Of a stretch of DNA of 64,000 nt, positions 21,244-31,457 are shown one piece after another; position 1 is the first letter of the stretch, and every line of letters begins with the position of its first letter. Source of the stretch: Bdellovibrionota bacterium (GTDB taxonomy: Bacteria > Bdellovibrionota > UBA1018 > CAIPTA01 > JAALKR01); the NCBI GenBank assembly GCA_965207455.1, contig CBDBMJ010000003.1, positions 256,001 through 320,000 of the forward strand, given 5' to 3'. The notes below the pieces were generated by a model. That model did no database searches, was not told where the DNA came from, and worked only from the letters and a program-made list of their open reading frames with translations. The translations under genes were made by a program, and so were the position numbers.

Positions 21244-22641
21244 CTAACTTAACCCTTCCGTAGTTTCCAAAATATAATCCAAGGGCCTGGCAAAGCCCAG
21301 CGACGGTATGGCTGCCTTGAATTCCTGTTCTATACTGTCATGATTGATATACGTTCCCGATTTTTCCAGAGAGGAAAGACCCGGCAAAACAAGTGTGTAG
21401 CCCAGCAACTCTTCTTTCATTAGCACGCCAACTCCAATTGCTTTTTTTGCCAACTCTGCCAACCCGTACGGTGGACGAACCTTCCCGCCGGTGATAAAAA
21501 TACATAGATCGTAGTCCTTGGGTTGAAATTTTGCAAAGGACTCCAGCCCCAGCTTTTCCATTCCTTTTATATTCGGAGACTTATCCTTTCGACGCAATAA
21601 ATGATCAAGAGCCTCATCCTGTCCACTCCCATCCACTGTTGGGCTATAGGAGAAAAAGCTAGCCTTGGGCAAAGCCTTTTGAGCGATTTGCACTTCCTCT
21701 AGGGTAGCATCTGCACAAATCAATACACCCACCTCGGAGGAGGTGCGAACATGTTGCTGAAACTGAGTAAGGGCATCTTCCCAAGTAATATTCTCAGAAG
21801 AGGACACAACGGTGGGATAGAGAACACGGGACGGGGAATGTATAAAATGGAAGCCGTATCTTCCTTCGTCGCACATCCACCATTTATTTACTTTGGGATT
21901 TTCTTTCGGTTCTAGTCGAAACACAATTCCCTTCTCACTGGAAACCGTAATATTACAACCTTTAGCGCAGCCATCGCAAATGGATTCATTTCTTTTTAAA
22001 TACCAAACCCGCTTAGAAAAACGAAAATCTTTTGTGGTAAGCGATCCAACAGGACAAATATCGGCCAACCCTCCCGCATACGCAGTTTGCAGTGGATTGC
22101 CGTCCATGGTTACAATTTCTGTAACTGCTCCTCTTTCCATTGCCACCATTTCGTATATATCTCCAATCTCGTCGCAATAACGAATACAACGGGTGCAATG
22201 GATACAACGATTCATATTCTTTTTAATGGAGGGTCCCATGTCCACATCCAGATAGGTTCGTCTATGGAAATCGTTGCGGGTGTCTGCGGCTCCGTGCTTT
22301 AGACTATACTCTTGTAGACTGCACTCACCCGACTGATCACAGATGGGGCAATCTAGGGGATGATTGATTAATAAAAATTCCTGTACACCTGCCACCCCTT
22401 TTTTCACGTTCTCAGATTTAGTGGAGACAACCATCCCTTCCTTACAAATTGTGGAGCAAGCAGTATTAAGTTTTCTTTGACCCTCTATCTCCACAAGACA
22501 CATCCTACACTGAGCCACTATCGTCATTCCCGGATGGTAACAATAATGGGGAATTTCATGCCCCACCCGCTTTGCGGCCTCTATCAGGTTCTCTCCTTCA
22601 ACAAAGGATATTTTTTTCCCATTAAACTGAAGCTCTGGCAT
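21244..22641 (-). CDS. nuoG: NADH-quinone oxidoreductase subunit G (short form)
   Basis: CYHP..CRMC, HPLDCPICDQSGEC, CIHCTRC..CP, CDGCAKGC..CDEGR. Confidence 0.93.
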   Translation of the reverse strand: MPELQFNGKKISFVEGENLIEAAKRVGHEIPHYCYHPGMTIVAQCRMCLVEIEGQRKLNTACSTICKEGMVVSTKSENVKKGVAGVQEFLLINHPLDCPICDQSGECSLQEYSLKHGAADTRNDFHRRTYLDVDMGPSIKKNMNRCIHCTRCIRYCDEIGDIYEMVAMERGAVTEIVTMDGNPLQTAYAGGLADICPVGSLTTKDFRFSKRVWYLKRNESICDGCAKGCNITVSSEKGIVFRLEPKENPKVNKWWMCDEGRYGFHFIHSPSRVLYPTVVSSSENITWEDALTQFQQHVRTSSEVGVLICADATLEEVQIAQKALPKASFFSYSPTVDGSGQDEALDHLLRRKDKSPNIKGMEKLGLESFAKFQPKDYDLCIFITGGKVRPPYGLAELAKKAIGVGVLMKEELLGYTLVLPGLSSLEKSGTYINHDSIEQEFKAAIPSLGFARPLDYILETTEGLS

Positions 22642-23924
22642 TAGTGGCTTCTCCCCTTAAACGGACATTGTTTTTCTATAATATGCTGTTCATATTCCAA
22701 GCGAAACTTTTGCACAATACTTTTTAAAGGCCATGCGGTAGCTTCACCAAAGGCACAAATAGTTTTCCCATCAATCTTATCGCAAATGTCGGCAATTAAA
22801 TCTAAATCTTTCATCTCACCCTTGCCTGCCTCTAAACGAGTATTTAAATCCAATAACCATTTCGTTCCCTCCCTACAGGGAGTGCATTGACCGCAACTTT
22901 CCACCATATAAAAGAAAGCTGTTCGTATCGCCACTTGAACCATGCAGGTGTGATCGTCGATCACCATAATGCCCGCAGAACCCAACATGGAACCCCTTGC
23001 TACTAATGAATCAAAATCTAAGTTCAAGTCTTCTATCTCCTCAGCAGTAAGTACTGGGGAAGAGGATCCACCTGGAAAAAGAGCTTTTAATTTTCTGCCC
23101 TTCCATATTCCTCCACAATCCTCGTAAATCATTTTTTTCATGGGATACCCCAAGGGGTGCTCATACAAACCAGGACGATCCACATGACCTGAGACGCAAA
23201 AGAGCTTCATGCCTGTGTTCTTCGTCAATCCAAATTCCTTAAACCACGCCGGACCTTTAAGGATAATTCCCGGAACAGCGGCCAAGGTTTCCACATTATT
23301 TACAATCGTGGGACAACCAAAAGCTCCATGAACCGCAGGGAAGTACGGTGGCTTTATGCGAGGCTCGCCCCGCTTTCCTTCCAAGGAATTTAAAAGTGCG
23401 GTTTCCTCTCCGCAAATATAGGCACCCGCTCCCCGGTGCACAATCATATCTACAGAATAATTCTTTCCCGCAATATTTTTTCCTAAATAGCCAGCCTTAT
23501 AGGCCTCATCAATGGCTTCCTCTACAATACGAGTTTCTTCAACAAACTCCCCGCGAATGTATACATAAATCATGCGGGCTCCAATAGCATAAGCCGCAAT
23601 AATAGAACCCTCTATCATCATATGAGGTGTGTAGGTCATAATCGCCCGGTCTTTAAATGTTCCCGGCTCTGATTCGTCTGCGTTCACAACCAGGTATTTG
23701 GGTTTATCTGTCTCAGGAATAAAACCCCACTTTATGCCTGCGGGAAAACCCGCACCGCCTCTTCCACGAATTTCACTCTTCTTTACTTCTTCTGTAATTT
23801 TACTGGGCGGCATGGAAAGAGCCCTGTCCAGTGCCTTGTAACCACTATCGTTTTTTTTATAGAAATCTAAGCCCTCAGCGCCCGACTGACCATAGTATTT
23901 TGAAAAAACAATTTCTTGGTGCAC
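22641..23924 (-). CDS. nuoF: NADH-quinone oxidoreductase subunit F
   Basis: RGRGGAGFPAG, NADESEPGTFKD, GAGAYICGEETAL, ESCGQCTPCREG. Confidence 0.98.
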   Translation of the reverse strand: MHQEIVFSKYYGQSGAEGLDFYKKNDSGYKALDRALSMPPSKITEEVKKSEIRGRGGAGFPAGIKWGFIPETDKPKYLVVNADESEPGTFKDRAIMTYTPHMMIEGSIIAAYAIGARMIYVYIRGEFVEETRIVEEAIDEAYKAGYLGKNIAGKNYSVDMIVHRGAGAYICGEETALLNSLEGKRGEPRIKPPYFPAVHGAFGCPTIVNNVETLAAVPGIILKGPAWFKEFGLTKNTGMKLFCVSGHVDRPGLYEHPLGYPMKKMIYEDCGGIWKGRKLKALFPGGSSSPVLTAEEIEDLNLDFDSLVARGSMLGSAGIMVIDDHTCMVQVAIRTAFFYMVESCGQCTPCREGTKWLLDLNTRLEAGKGEMKDLDLIADICDKIDGKTICAFGEATAWPLKSIVQKFRLEYEQHIIEKQCPFKGRSH

Positions 23925-24392
23925 TTACTGTAACTCCTGTAATAGTTGTTTTACCTTTTCCGTATCTAAATTTTCTCTATACTCATCATTGACCTGACAA
24001 ACAGGAGCTGTGCCACAAGAACCCAAACACTCCACTTCACAAAGTGTGAACCTGCCATCCTTTGTAGTTTCATTGAGCTCAATACCCAGCGCGCCCTCCA
24101 CAAAATGGATAAGCTCTTCGGAACCTCGCAACCAGCAAGCAATATTATTGCAAAACTGCAAATGGTATTTGCCCGTGGGTTTCTTTTTGAGCATGGTATA
24201 GAAGGAAGCAACGGCCTTTACCTTGGGCTTGGGCAACTCCAGGGCCTCAGCAATTTCTCCCATTGTGCTGTCCGAGAGCCAACCCTCCTCTTTCTGTGCC
24301 GCATGGAAAACGGGCAAGAGAAGCGCTCCCTTGGTGGGATAAAACTTTTTCAGCCGATCTATTTCTTTATCAATGGCCTTTCTCACACTCAT
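23925..24392 (-). CDS. nuoE: NADH-quinone oxidoreductase subunit E
   Basis: CNNIAC and ECLGSCGTAP 2Fe-2S motifs. Confidence 0.96.
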   Translation of the reverse strand: MSVRKAIDKEIDRLKKFYPTKGALLLPVFHAAQKEEGWLSDSTMGEIAEALELPKPKVKAVASFYTMLKKKPTGKYHLQFCNNIACWLRGSEELIHFVEGALGIELNETTKDGRFTLCEVECLGSCGTAPVCQVNDEYRENLDTEKVKQLLQELQ

Positions 24393-25636
24393 CTATCCAA
24401 TTCTCCTGCAATAACATTTAAAGACCCCACAATGGCCACTAAGTCAGAAATTTTATAGCCCTGGCTAAGCTCAGGAACGGTTTGGAACATAAAAAAAGAA
24501 GGCGCCCGGATGCGAGTACGATAAGCCTTCGGACCTCCTTTACTGACAATATAAAATCCAACTTCTCCGTTGGGTCCCTCCATGGGACAGTATGCTTCAC
24601 CTTCAGGCACATCAAAGCCTTCCATAAAAAATTTAAAATGGTGGATCATGGCTTCCATGGAATTATATACCCGCTCTTTTTCGGGTATGACCACACGAGT
24701 ATCGTCGGACCAGATGGGCCCACCGGGCATTTTCTGCACAATCTGTTTTAACATTCGCACCGATTCCCGCATCTCCTCCATACGAACGAGGTAACGATCC
24801 AACACATCTCCACCCTGAGCAATGGGAACATCAAATTCCAACTCCTTGTATGCCAAGTAGGGTTCATCCCTGCGTAAATCAAAATTAATATTCGAAGCCC
24901 TAAGGCACGGACCAGTGACTCCATAACTCAAAGCCTGCTCCGGACTCATGCAACCAATCCCTCTCGTGCGATCTTTCCAAATACGATTATTGGTGAGAAG
25001 CTTATCCATTTCTGCTAGTGCTTCGGAAAATTCGTCCAACCATGTATCCAGCTCTGTTAGAAAACCGTCGGGAAGATCCTGCATCAGACCACCCACACGA
25101 GTGTAGGTGGTGGTAAGGCGAGAGCCACACATAGCTTCTATTAAATCATAGCAACGCTCCCTTTGGTGAAACCCGTATAGAAAGAAAGTCATCGCTCCCA
25201 AATCAAAGGCATTAATACCAACACAAATAAGATGATCAATGATTCGAGCCATCTCACAACTCATGGTTCGGATCCATTTATTTCGAGGAGTGAGTTCTAT
25301 ACCCAATAATTTTTCCACCGACGCCACGTAAGCCACATTGTTTTGAAGAGCGGAACAGTAATTTAATCTATCCGTAAAAGGAATAAATTGGTGGTACGTC
25401 CTCACCTCGGCAATTTTTTCAATTCCTCTGTGCAAAAATCCCAATTCACAGACAGACTTCTCCACCGTCTCTCCCCGCAGTTGAGTCATCACCCTAAGAG
25501 TGCCATGCATGGCTGGGTGCTGAGGACCGATGTTAATATTTATCTTAGAATTCTCGAAGACTTCATTGCCATCTTCAAAATCGTCACCATGAAACTGATT
25601 GGTCGTTTTTGGAAAATTTCTTTTATCGAAAACCAT
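24389..25636 (-). CDS. nuoD: NADH-quinone oxidoreductase subunit D
   Basis: IGPQHPAMHGTLR, GFLHRGIEK, DRLNY, FDLGA, GELDR. Confidence 0.98.
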   Translation of the reverse strand: MVFDKRNFPKTTNQFHGDDFEDGNEVFENSKININIGPQHPAMHGTLRVMTQLRGETVEKSVCELGFLHRGIEKIAEVRTYHQFIPFTDRLNYCSALQNNVAYVASVEKLLGIELTPRNKWIRTMSCEMARIIDHLICVGINAFDLGAMTFFLYGFHQRERCYDLIEAMCGSRLTTTYTRVGGLMQDLPDGFLTELDTWLDEFSEALAEMDKLLTNNRIWKDRTRGIGCMSPEQALSYGVTGPCLRASNINFDLRRDEPYLAYKELEFDVPIAQGGDVLDRYLVRMEEMRESVRMLKQIVQKMPGGPIWSDDTRVVIPEKERVYNSMEAMIHHFKFFMEGFDVPEGEAYCPMEGPNGEVGFYIVSKGGPKAYRTRIRAPSFFMFQTVPELSQGYKISDLVAIVGSLNVIAGELDR

Positions 25637-25654
25637 TTTTAATCCCCATGCCCT

Positions 25655-26233
25655 TTAGTCTTCCAGACCCGTTGCACTTATCTCCATGCCGTCGCTAAAA
25701 AACTGGTATCGCTTAATGGGATAATCTTTCCTAAGAGGATGATCCTCCCAACGATCGTCTAGCATAATTCGTCGCAAGTACGGATGACCAGAAAATCGTA
25801 TTCCGTATAAATCCCACACCTCTCGCTCCAACCAATTGGCACCCTTCCACAAACCACAAACCGACGGAACCTCTTCTCCATCGTCAACAGGAACCTTCAC
25901 ACGAATCCTATCTTTATTTTGAAGGGAGAGAAGATGATAAACCACGAAGAAGCGGGCACTGTCTCCCTCAGACTTAACCACACCTAAATTATAGTCGGGA
26001 ATAGTTACATGCTTGGGATTATGATCGTAGGCCGTTATGTCCGAAAGAAAGTTATACTCCAAGACTTCGTCCAGACGAATAAAATCAAGAAATTCAAATA
26101 TGTTTTCCTTTGCAATCAATACTATGGGACAATCTGTTTTCTCCAAACTCACCCCTTCAATAATTTTTGCATACTTGGAATGTAGTAGCTCTATCCTCGC
26201 CTTAGAAAAGTCGGACCCCAAAGAAACTGTCAT
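25655..26233 (-). CDS. nuoC: NADH-quinone oxidoreductase subunit C
   Basis: [28 protein letters not shown]. Confidence 0.97.
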   Translation of the reverse strand: MTVSLGSDFSKARIELLHSKYAKIIEGVSLEKTDCPIVLIAKENIFEFLDFIRLDEVLEYNFLSDITAYDHNPKHVTIPDYNLGVVKSEGDSARFFVVYHLLSLQNKDRIRVKVPVDDGEEVPSVCGLWKGANWLEREVWDLYGIRFSGHPYLRRIMLDDRWEDHPLRKDYPIKRYQFFSDGMEISATGLED

Positions 26234-26697
26234 AACTCCGCCTTACCCGTTCGTACTTTCTCCTGCAATCTCATCAAACCATGGAGAACACCCTCAGGGG
26301 TAGGCGGACAGCCCGGAATATACACGTCTACGGGAATAATTTCGTCCACTCCCTGCATAACACTATAGGTATCAAAAATTCCTCCCGAGGCAGAACAAGC
26401 TCCCATGGCCAATACCCACTTGGGATCGGCTATTTGATCGTAAATACTTTTTAGTACAGGCCCCATTTTATTTGTAATCGTTCCTGCAATGATCATCATG
26501 TCGCTTTGTCGGGGAGAAAAACGAACAACCTCGGCACCAAAGCGAGCCATATCATAATCGGCAGAAAGTACTGCCATCATCTCAATACCACAACAACTCG
26601 TACCAAATGGGTAGGGCCACATGGAATTGGAACGGGCCCAGTTGACAAGCTGATCTAATTTCGTGGTAACAATTTCTGGTGCGCCATCTTTTCCCAT
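26230..26697 (-). CDS. nuoB: NADH-quinone oxidoreductase subunit B
   Basis: [24 protein letters not shown]; likely start MGKDG at 26697. Confidence 0.97.
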   Translation of the reverse strand: MGKDGAPEIVTTKLDQLVNWARSNSMWPYPFGTSCCGIEMMAVLSADYDMARFGAEVVRFSPRQSDMMIIAGTITNKMGPVLKSIYDQIADPKWVLAMGACSASGGIFDTYSVMQGVDEIIPVDVYIPGCPPTPEGVLHGLMRLQEKVRTGKAEL

Positions 26698-26698
26698 A

Positions 26699-27061
26699 CT
26701 ACTCCCACTCCAATCCACCACTGCGCCACTCATAGACGAAAGCAACCGTGAGAATGGTTAAAAAGGCCAACATCGTATACAGGGAAAAAGTGTTGACTGC
26801 CAAGAACTGCTTATACACAAGAGCCCAGGGAAAGAGTAAAACCACCTCCACATCGAACAGCAGGAAAGAAATGGCAACGAGGTAGAAGCGAATGGAGAAG
26901 CGCTTATTTTCCTTGCGACTAGGGGGGACTCCGCACTCAAAAAAGGTATTTTTCATATCATTGGGGCGCTTGGGTCCCAGGAGACCTACAAGCAATATCG
27001 TGGAGGCTGCTATTACTACAGCGACTAAAAATAAAATAAGAATGGGTACATATGGAGACAT
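26699..27061 (-). CDS. nuoA: NADH-quinone oxidoreductase subunit A
   Basis: [22 protein letters not shown]. Confidence 0.97.
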   Translation of the reverse strand: MSPYVPILILFLVAVVIAASTILLVGLLGPKRPNDMKNTFFECGVPPSRKENKRFSIRFYLVAISFLLFDVEVVLLFPWALVYKQFLAVNTFSLYTMLAFLTILTVAFVYEWRSGGLEWE

Positions 27062-27110
27062 TTTTTAACCCTAATAAAATTATGGTGACGGGAGATAGAT
27101 TACAACATTT

Positions 27111-28568
27111 TCAAAAAATTAAAAAGAGGCGAGCCTGTTTCAACAGTAATAATAGGAATTCTCCTCCCCAAAATCCCCATAATAACAGCGGAAGTAGGGC
27201 CAGAACCAAGGCTAGACGAGTAAGCGTGCCCTGTATGACTGGATCTGCCCGGGGAGTGCTTGCTGGGGGATCTTCAAAGAAGAGAACTGCCACCAAACGT
27301 GCAAAAATCATAACCTGAACCAGCAAATATAGTAGAAACAAGGAGAAAACCACGGGTTGACTCTGAGCAAAAATCGTTCCCAGCGCCTGGAGTGTGGAGA
27401 AAAAGCCCATCATGGGCGGCAACCCTGCCAAAGAAATCAATACCAAGAGTAAAAGAAAGCAGAAATAGCTTCGACCCATGCCGCATAATTCCTCCATTTT
27501 TTCTTTCTTTTGTGACAAGCAAAGGCCCCCAAGTATCCAGAAATACAGCACTAAACCCATACTGATGCTAATAAATTGAATTACGATGGTGGAAAGAACC
27601 TGGGCATTAATGCTGCTCATCACAACCAAAAGGGAAGACCACTGCATCAGGACTATATGGGCAGAAAAGCAGCGAATATTTTTTTGGGCCAGCGCACCAA
27701 AAGCCCCATAAAATAAACCACAAAAGCCACAAACCGTAAATCCCATTAAAATACTAAGCCCCATGGTGGATGCCTGAGTCTCCGTTTTCATAAAAAACAA
27801 AAAAATAACAATTTTGATCAGGGCCAAAACACCTGCCCCCTGGATCAATAACGACTGGATGGCCTGATCGAGCCAAGTGGAGTTCTGCCCCCTATTAATC
27901 CCAATAAAATGGAAGGGAAATAGGGCGCTCACACAGAAAAAGGGTAGGAACAGCATAAAGATAAGGGGAACCCCATACAGGCCGTTTAAGCCATGAATAT
28001 AGTTTTTGATTTCCGTGTATGTCAAAGAGTCCAGTTGCGTGGATAGAATCACTAAGACAGCAAAGCTTAAGCAAAAGCAAACACTGGATTGAAGGTAGGA
28101 CTGTGCGGATATTTTTCTCCCCTCCCTCCCAGACATGGCAGAAAGAAGAATAGAGAAAAGCATTAGGCCGGATAGGCAAATAAAAGAGACGAGTGCATGC
28201 TCAGATAGGAGTAATACAGAGGAGAAAAAAGCTATGTTGACAATAAAAAATGAAAATTCCGCTCCCTTGTTAAAGGAAAATTTTTCCGAATAGTGGGTGA
28301 AGAGCAATAATAATAAGGAAACCACAAAGAGTGTGAAGCGAACAAAGACAAATACGGGATTCAAGCCAATGGCAGAAGAAAATAAAGAGATATTTTCTGT
28401 CGGTTGATAATATAAGGTGCTGAAGGCTGCAAAAGACATTCCCAACAAAGATAGACCTCGAATGAAAGAACGAGACTTGCTCCCATCTCCAAATGCTAAA
28501 AAAAACAGGATCAGAAAGGATGAACCAAGGAGTGTTATCTCAGGCAATATGGGCAGATAAAAAGACAC
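27111..28568 (-). CDS. Divergent NuoN-like antiporter-fold subunit (second cluster)
   Basis: LPEITL N-terminus, LFPFH, GALAQKNIR, SLAGLPPMMGF; conserved Glu/Lys positions replaced. Confidence 0.8.
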   Translation of the reverse strand: MSFYLPILPEITLLGSSFLILFFLAFGDGSKSRSFIRGLSLLGMSFAAFSTLYYQPTENISLFSSAIGLNPVFVFVRFTLFVVSLLLLLFTHYSEKFSFNKGAEFSFFIVNIAFFSSVLLLSEHALVSFICLSGLMLFSILLSAMSGREGRKISAQSYLQSSVCFCLSFAVLVILSTQLDSLTYTEIKNYIHGLNGLYGVPLIFMLFLPFFCVSALFPFHFIGINRGQNSTWLDQAIQSLLIQGAGVLALIKIVIFLFFMKTETQASTMGLSILMGFTVCGFCGLFYGAFGALAQKNIRCFSAHIVLMQWSSLLVVMSSINAQVLSTIVIQFISISMGLVLYFWILGGLCLSQKKEKMEELCGMGRSYFCFLLLLVLISLAGLPPMMGFFSTLQALGTIFAQSQPVVFSLFLLYLLVQVMIFARLVAVLFFEDPPASTPRADPVIQGTLTRLALVLALLPLLLWGFWGGEFLLLLLKQARLFLIF

Positions 28569-29984
28569 CTATCCCCCTCCTAAAAGATTTAATGCTTCAC
28601 TCACAGCATAGGAAAAATAACGGGATAATAATCGAGGATAGATTGTGAGTAGAACTAGGCACCCACCCATGAAAAAACAACAAAGGGCATCCCAGGAGTG
28701 CAGGCGTAGTAAGGGCGCTCTCTCTTTTGCGTATTCTTCATGAAAAACCGGAGACAGGGAGCGGTAGCAAGAAACCACTAGGAGTAGTGCAAGGAACAAA
28801 ACGATGGGGAAAACAAAGATCGTCTCCTTAGCTGTGAGCCCGTAAAAAATCAAGAGCGTGCTGTGGAATCCAAAGGAAACGGGAAGACAGAACGCAGCCA
28901 GCATAGTATAGACGGAAAACAATAATAATTTTGGATTATTGGGCGCATTCCCTAAGTACCCATCCTTACTCCCTCGCTCACTGATATCTATTATGGTAAA
29001 TATGGCGGCAAGGATAAGAAATAAAAATATTCCCATCATCAAGGCTCCAACGAAGCCTTCTTTGTTTCCGGAGCTTATACCTAAAAATATAAGCCCACTG
29101 AAAATTTGTTGAAACAATACTATTTGATCTCTTAGAGAAGTGCACCGTAAAAGCAATAGCGCAGGCAGGAGCATGGACACTAAGCCCACTATAAAAAATA
29201 AAAATTGAAATTCCATAAACTCGTTGGAAAAATCAGGAAACAAAAAACGAAGAAATGCGTAGAGCCCGAAATTGTAAACAGTCATCACAGGCAATAGAAG
29301 AATTAAATTCTTTGCACTGGACAATCGTCTCAAAAGCCAGTGGAAAGGAATCATTTTTATAAAAAATACTCCAGAGAGGAGTGCAAAGATCAAATATTTC
29401 TTAGAGCCTACCTCAACAGCGGAGTAAAACTCTGGGTATAGAATAAAAAAGCAGACAAGCAATAAAAAAATACTAATTGTACTTATGAGCATAAATGGTT
29501 TACTGAGGCGTTTTAACTCTGTAGATCCATCCGTACCAATTAAAAAAGTAGCGGGGACGATGCACAGGGCAGAAAAGAAAAGAAAGGAAAACAGGGTTGA
29601 TGAGGCGTACATTCCTAAGACACCAAACTCCAGTAACATTAAAGAGATAATTTTACCTCCATTGAGTCTTTCTCGACCCACCAGCACCACCACCATAAAT
29701 ACAAGGCTAGTTACCCATAAAAAGGGTGAATTAAGAGCATCTGTCGCAAAGTTTGTATTAATATTCCAAAAACCGGACCAAGGGTACGCACCAACACCAG
29801 GTACTATTTTTTGTGTTACGGCAAGTGCCTCTAAAAACATCCATGTATGAGTTAGAAATATAAATATTGTAGATAGTGCCACAGAAGACCACAGCCAGGA
29901 GTTCGCTTTATTCCAAAATAAAAAGCCAATAGCGGCAAGCGCTAGGGGTAAAAAGATAGTAATTTGTAAAAAAAACTCTGGCAT
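28569..29984 (-). CDS. Divergent NuoM-like subunit, copy 2 (second cluster)
   Basis: FATDALN, LLEFGVLGMY, IPFH, FGLYAFLRF, LPVSFGF, TIYP; likely start MPEFF at 29984 (ORF track 30050). Confidence 0.75.
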   Translation of the reverse strand: MPEFFLQITIFLPLALAAIGFLFWNKANSWLWSSVALSTIFIFLTHTWMFLEALAVTQKIVPGVGAYPWSGFWNINTNFATDALNSPFLWVTSLVFMVVVLVGRERLNGGKIISLMLLEFGVLGMYASSTLFSFLFFSALCIVPATFLIGTDGSTELKRLSKPFMLISTISIFLLLVCFFILYPEFYSAVEVGSKKYLIFALLSGVFFIKMIPFHWLLRRLSSAKNLILLLPVMTVYNFGLYAFLRFLFPDFSNEFMEFQFLFFIVGLVSMLLPALLLLRCTSLRDQIVLFQQIFSGLIFLGISSGNKEGFVGALMMGIFLFLILAAIFTIIDISERGSKDGYLGNAPNNPKLLLFSVYTMLAAFCLPVSFGFHSTLLIFYGLTAKETIFVFPIVLFLALLLVVSCYRSLSPVFHEEYAKERAPLLRLHSWDALCCFFMGGCLVLLTIYPRLLSRYFSYAVSEALNLLGGG

Positions 29985-29986
29985 AA

Positions 29987-31453
29987 TCAGTAAACAAAAC
30001 CCAAGAGTCCCACACTCCCAAGCCAGGAAATCAAACAAAAGAAAAGGCAAAGTGTGGCTAGTTTATAGTTAGCCTGCCAAGCCTCTCCCTTACTGTTAGA
30101 TTTACCCTGAACATCAATGTCCTTTCCAAATCCATGATCGAAAAAAAATATTCTGTAACCGCAATAAGTGAGTATGGTAGAATACAATGTCCATAATAGG
30201 ACTAGCAAAATAGAATGCTGAAGACTGGAATCAAAAATTACAGCGCCGGGCAAGGCAAAAATATAATACACAGGAGTCCCGGGAATACTCACTAAAAAAA
30301 CAAAGATGAGGAGAAATGTGGCTTTGTTGAGCGACCCTAGAAAATCATTATCGCATAAAAATCGAATGAAAACGGATAATACGGGAATGGTAATGCTGAT
30401 TAAGTATACAGATTGAAAATTTTCCGGCGAAAAGAAGCCTATAGAATAAAAGGCCATCCCCAGAAAAAAAACAATAATGCTCCCCAAAGCTCTTTCTTTA
30501 TATCCAGCTGCGCACAATAAATAACCGGAGAAAATTGCCATAAAAAATCCAAATATAGATATATTTCTCAAAAAAATCTGGCTCTCTTTGGGCAGGATAG
30601 AAACTATTTCATTAAAAATAAATAGAATGGCGCCCATAAAGATACAAAATGGAATGGAAATGATAGAGGAAATTTTTTTCTCTTCTCTTTCTGAATTGAA
30701 AATACCCATAAACCACGCAGACCAAAAACACAGGGGAAGAGAGAGGGCAAATGCGCTCACTAGAAAAAGGATGGTCCACAAATCTCCATCGAACGTTGCA
30801 CCAGAAAGCGGAGCAGAAAACACAGCTGCAAAAGAACTAAAATTCAAGGAGCTCATTTCAAAAACAAAGGATAGGGACACCAAAGATAAGAGCATTACAA
30901 TACCTCCAGAGATCTGAAGCAAAGCTGCCAACTCTCCATGCATTTCCTTTTTTGCCTTGCCAGCATCCACCTTAATATCCTGACAATAAAACAAGCGCAA
31001 CAGGAGAAACAAAACAATGCTAATAACTATGTGAAGTATGGAAATTAAAAGTAAATTTTCACAAACCACGTAAAAACTAATCAGCCCTTTAAAAAAAATA
31101 AGTAGAGATATGGCTCCCACAGACACTTTTTGCTTTTTGTAATAGTCTTGGAACAAGAGGAATAATACCAGAAAACATGCGTCAAAAATAAGAAGTAAGA
31201 AGGCATTCCTTGAGGTCAATGCCACCTCCCAAGCTATTCCCATCATGGGTAAAAATGGGGCAGAGTCTCTCAAAGGGGCACCTCCCTGTAATAAATGAGA
31301 AAGAAAGAAAATCAAAATAAGGCAAGAGAAGAAACTGGTAAATACACCGCACAGAGCATTCCACCGGTGCCCATAAAAAAATATATACTGAGCACTCCCA
31401 ACGATTAAGGGTGCTAGCAAAAATATCCAAAAAAGCGGTATATATAATTCCAT
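29987..31453 (-). CDS. Divergent NuoM-like subunit, copy 1 (second cluster)
   Basis: 488-aa polytopic protein; AFALSLPL..W and SIPGT align with NuoM TM7 and TM12; lies between the L-like and M-like genes. Confidence 0.62.
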   Translation of the reverse strand: MELYIPLFWIFLLAPLIVGSAQYIFFYGHRWNALCGVFTSFFSCLILIFFLSHLLQGGAPLRDSAPFLPMMGIAWEVALTSRNAFLLLIFDACFLVLFLLFQDYYKKQKVSVGAISLLIFFKGLISFYVVCENLLLISILHIVISIVLFLLLRLFYCQDIKVDAGKAKKEMHGELAALLQISGGIVMLLSLVSLSFVFEMSSLNFSSFAAVFSAPLSGATFDGDLWTILFLVSAFALSLPLCFWSAWFMGIFNSEREEKKISSIISIPFCIFMGAILFIFNEIVSILPKESQIFLRNISIFGFFMAIFSGYLLCAAGYKERALGSIIVFFLGMAFYSIGFFSPENFQSVYLISITIPVLSVFIRFLCDNDFLGSLNKATFLLIFVFLVSIPGTPVYYIFALPGAVIFDSSLQHSILLVLLWTLYSTILTYCGYRIFFFDHGFGKDIDVQGKSNSKGEAWQANYKLATLCLFFCLISWLGSVGLLGFVY

Positions 31454-31457
31454 TTCT

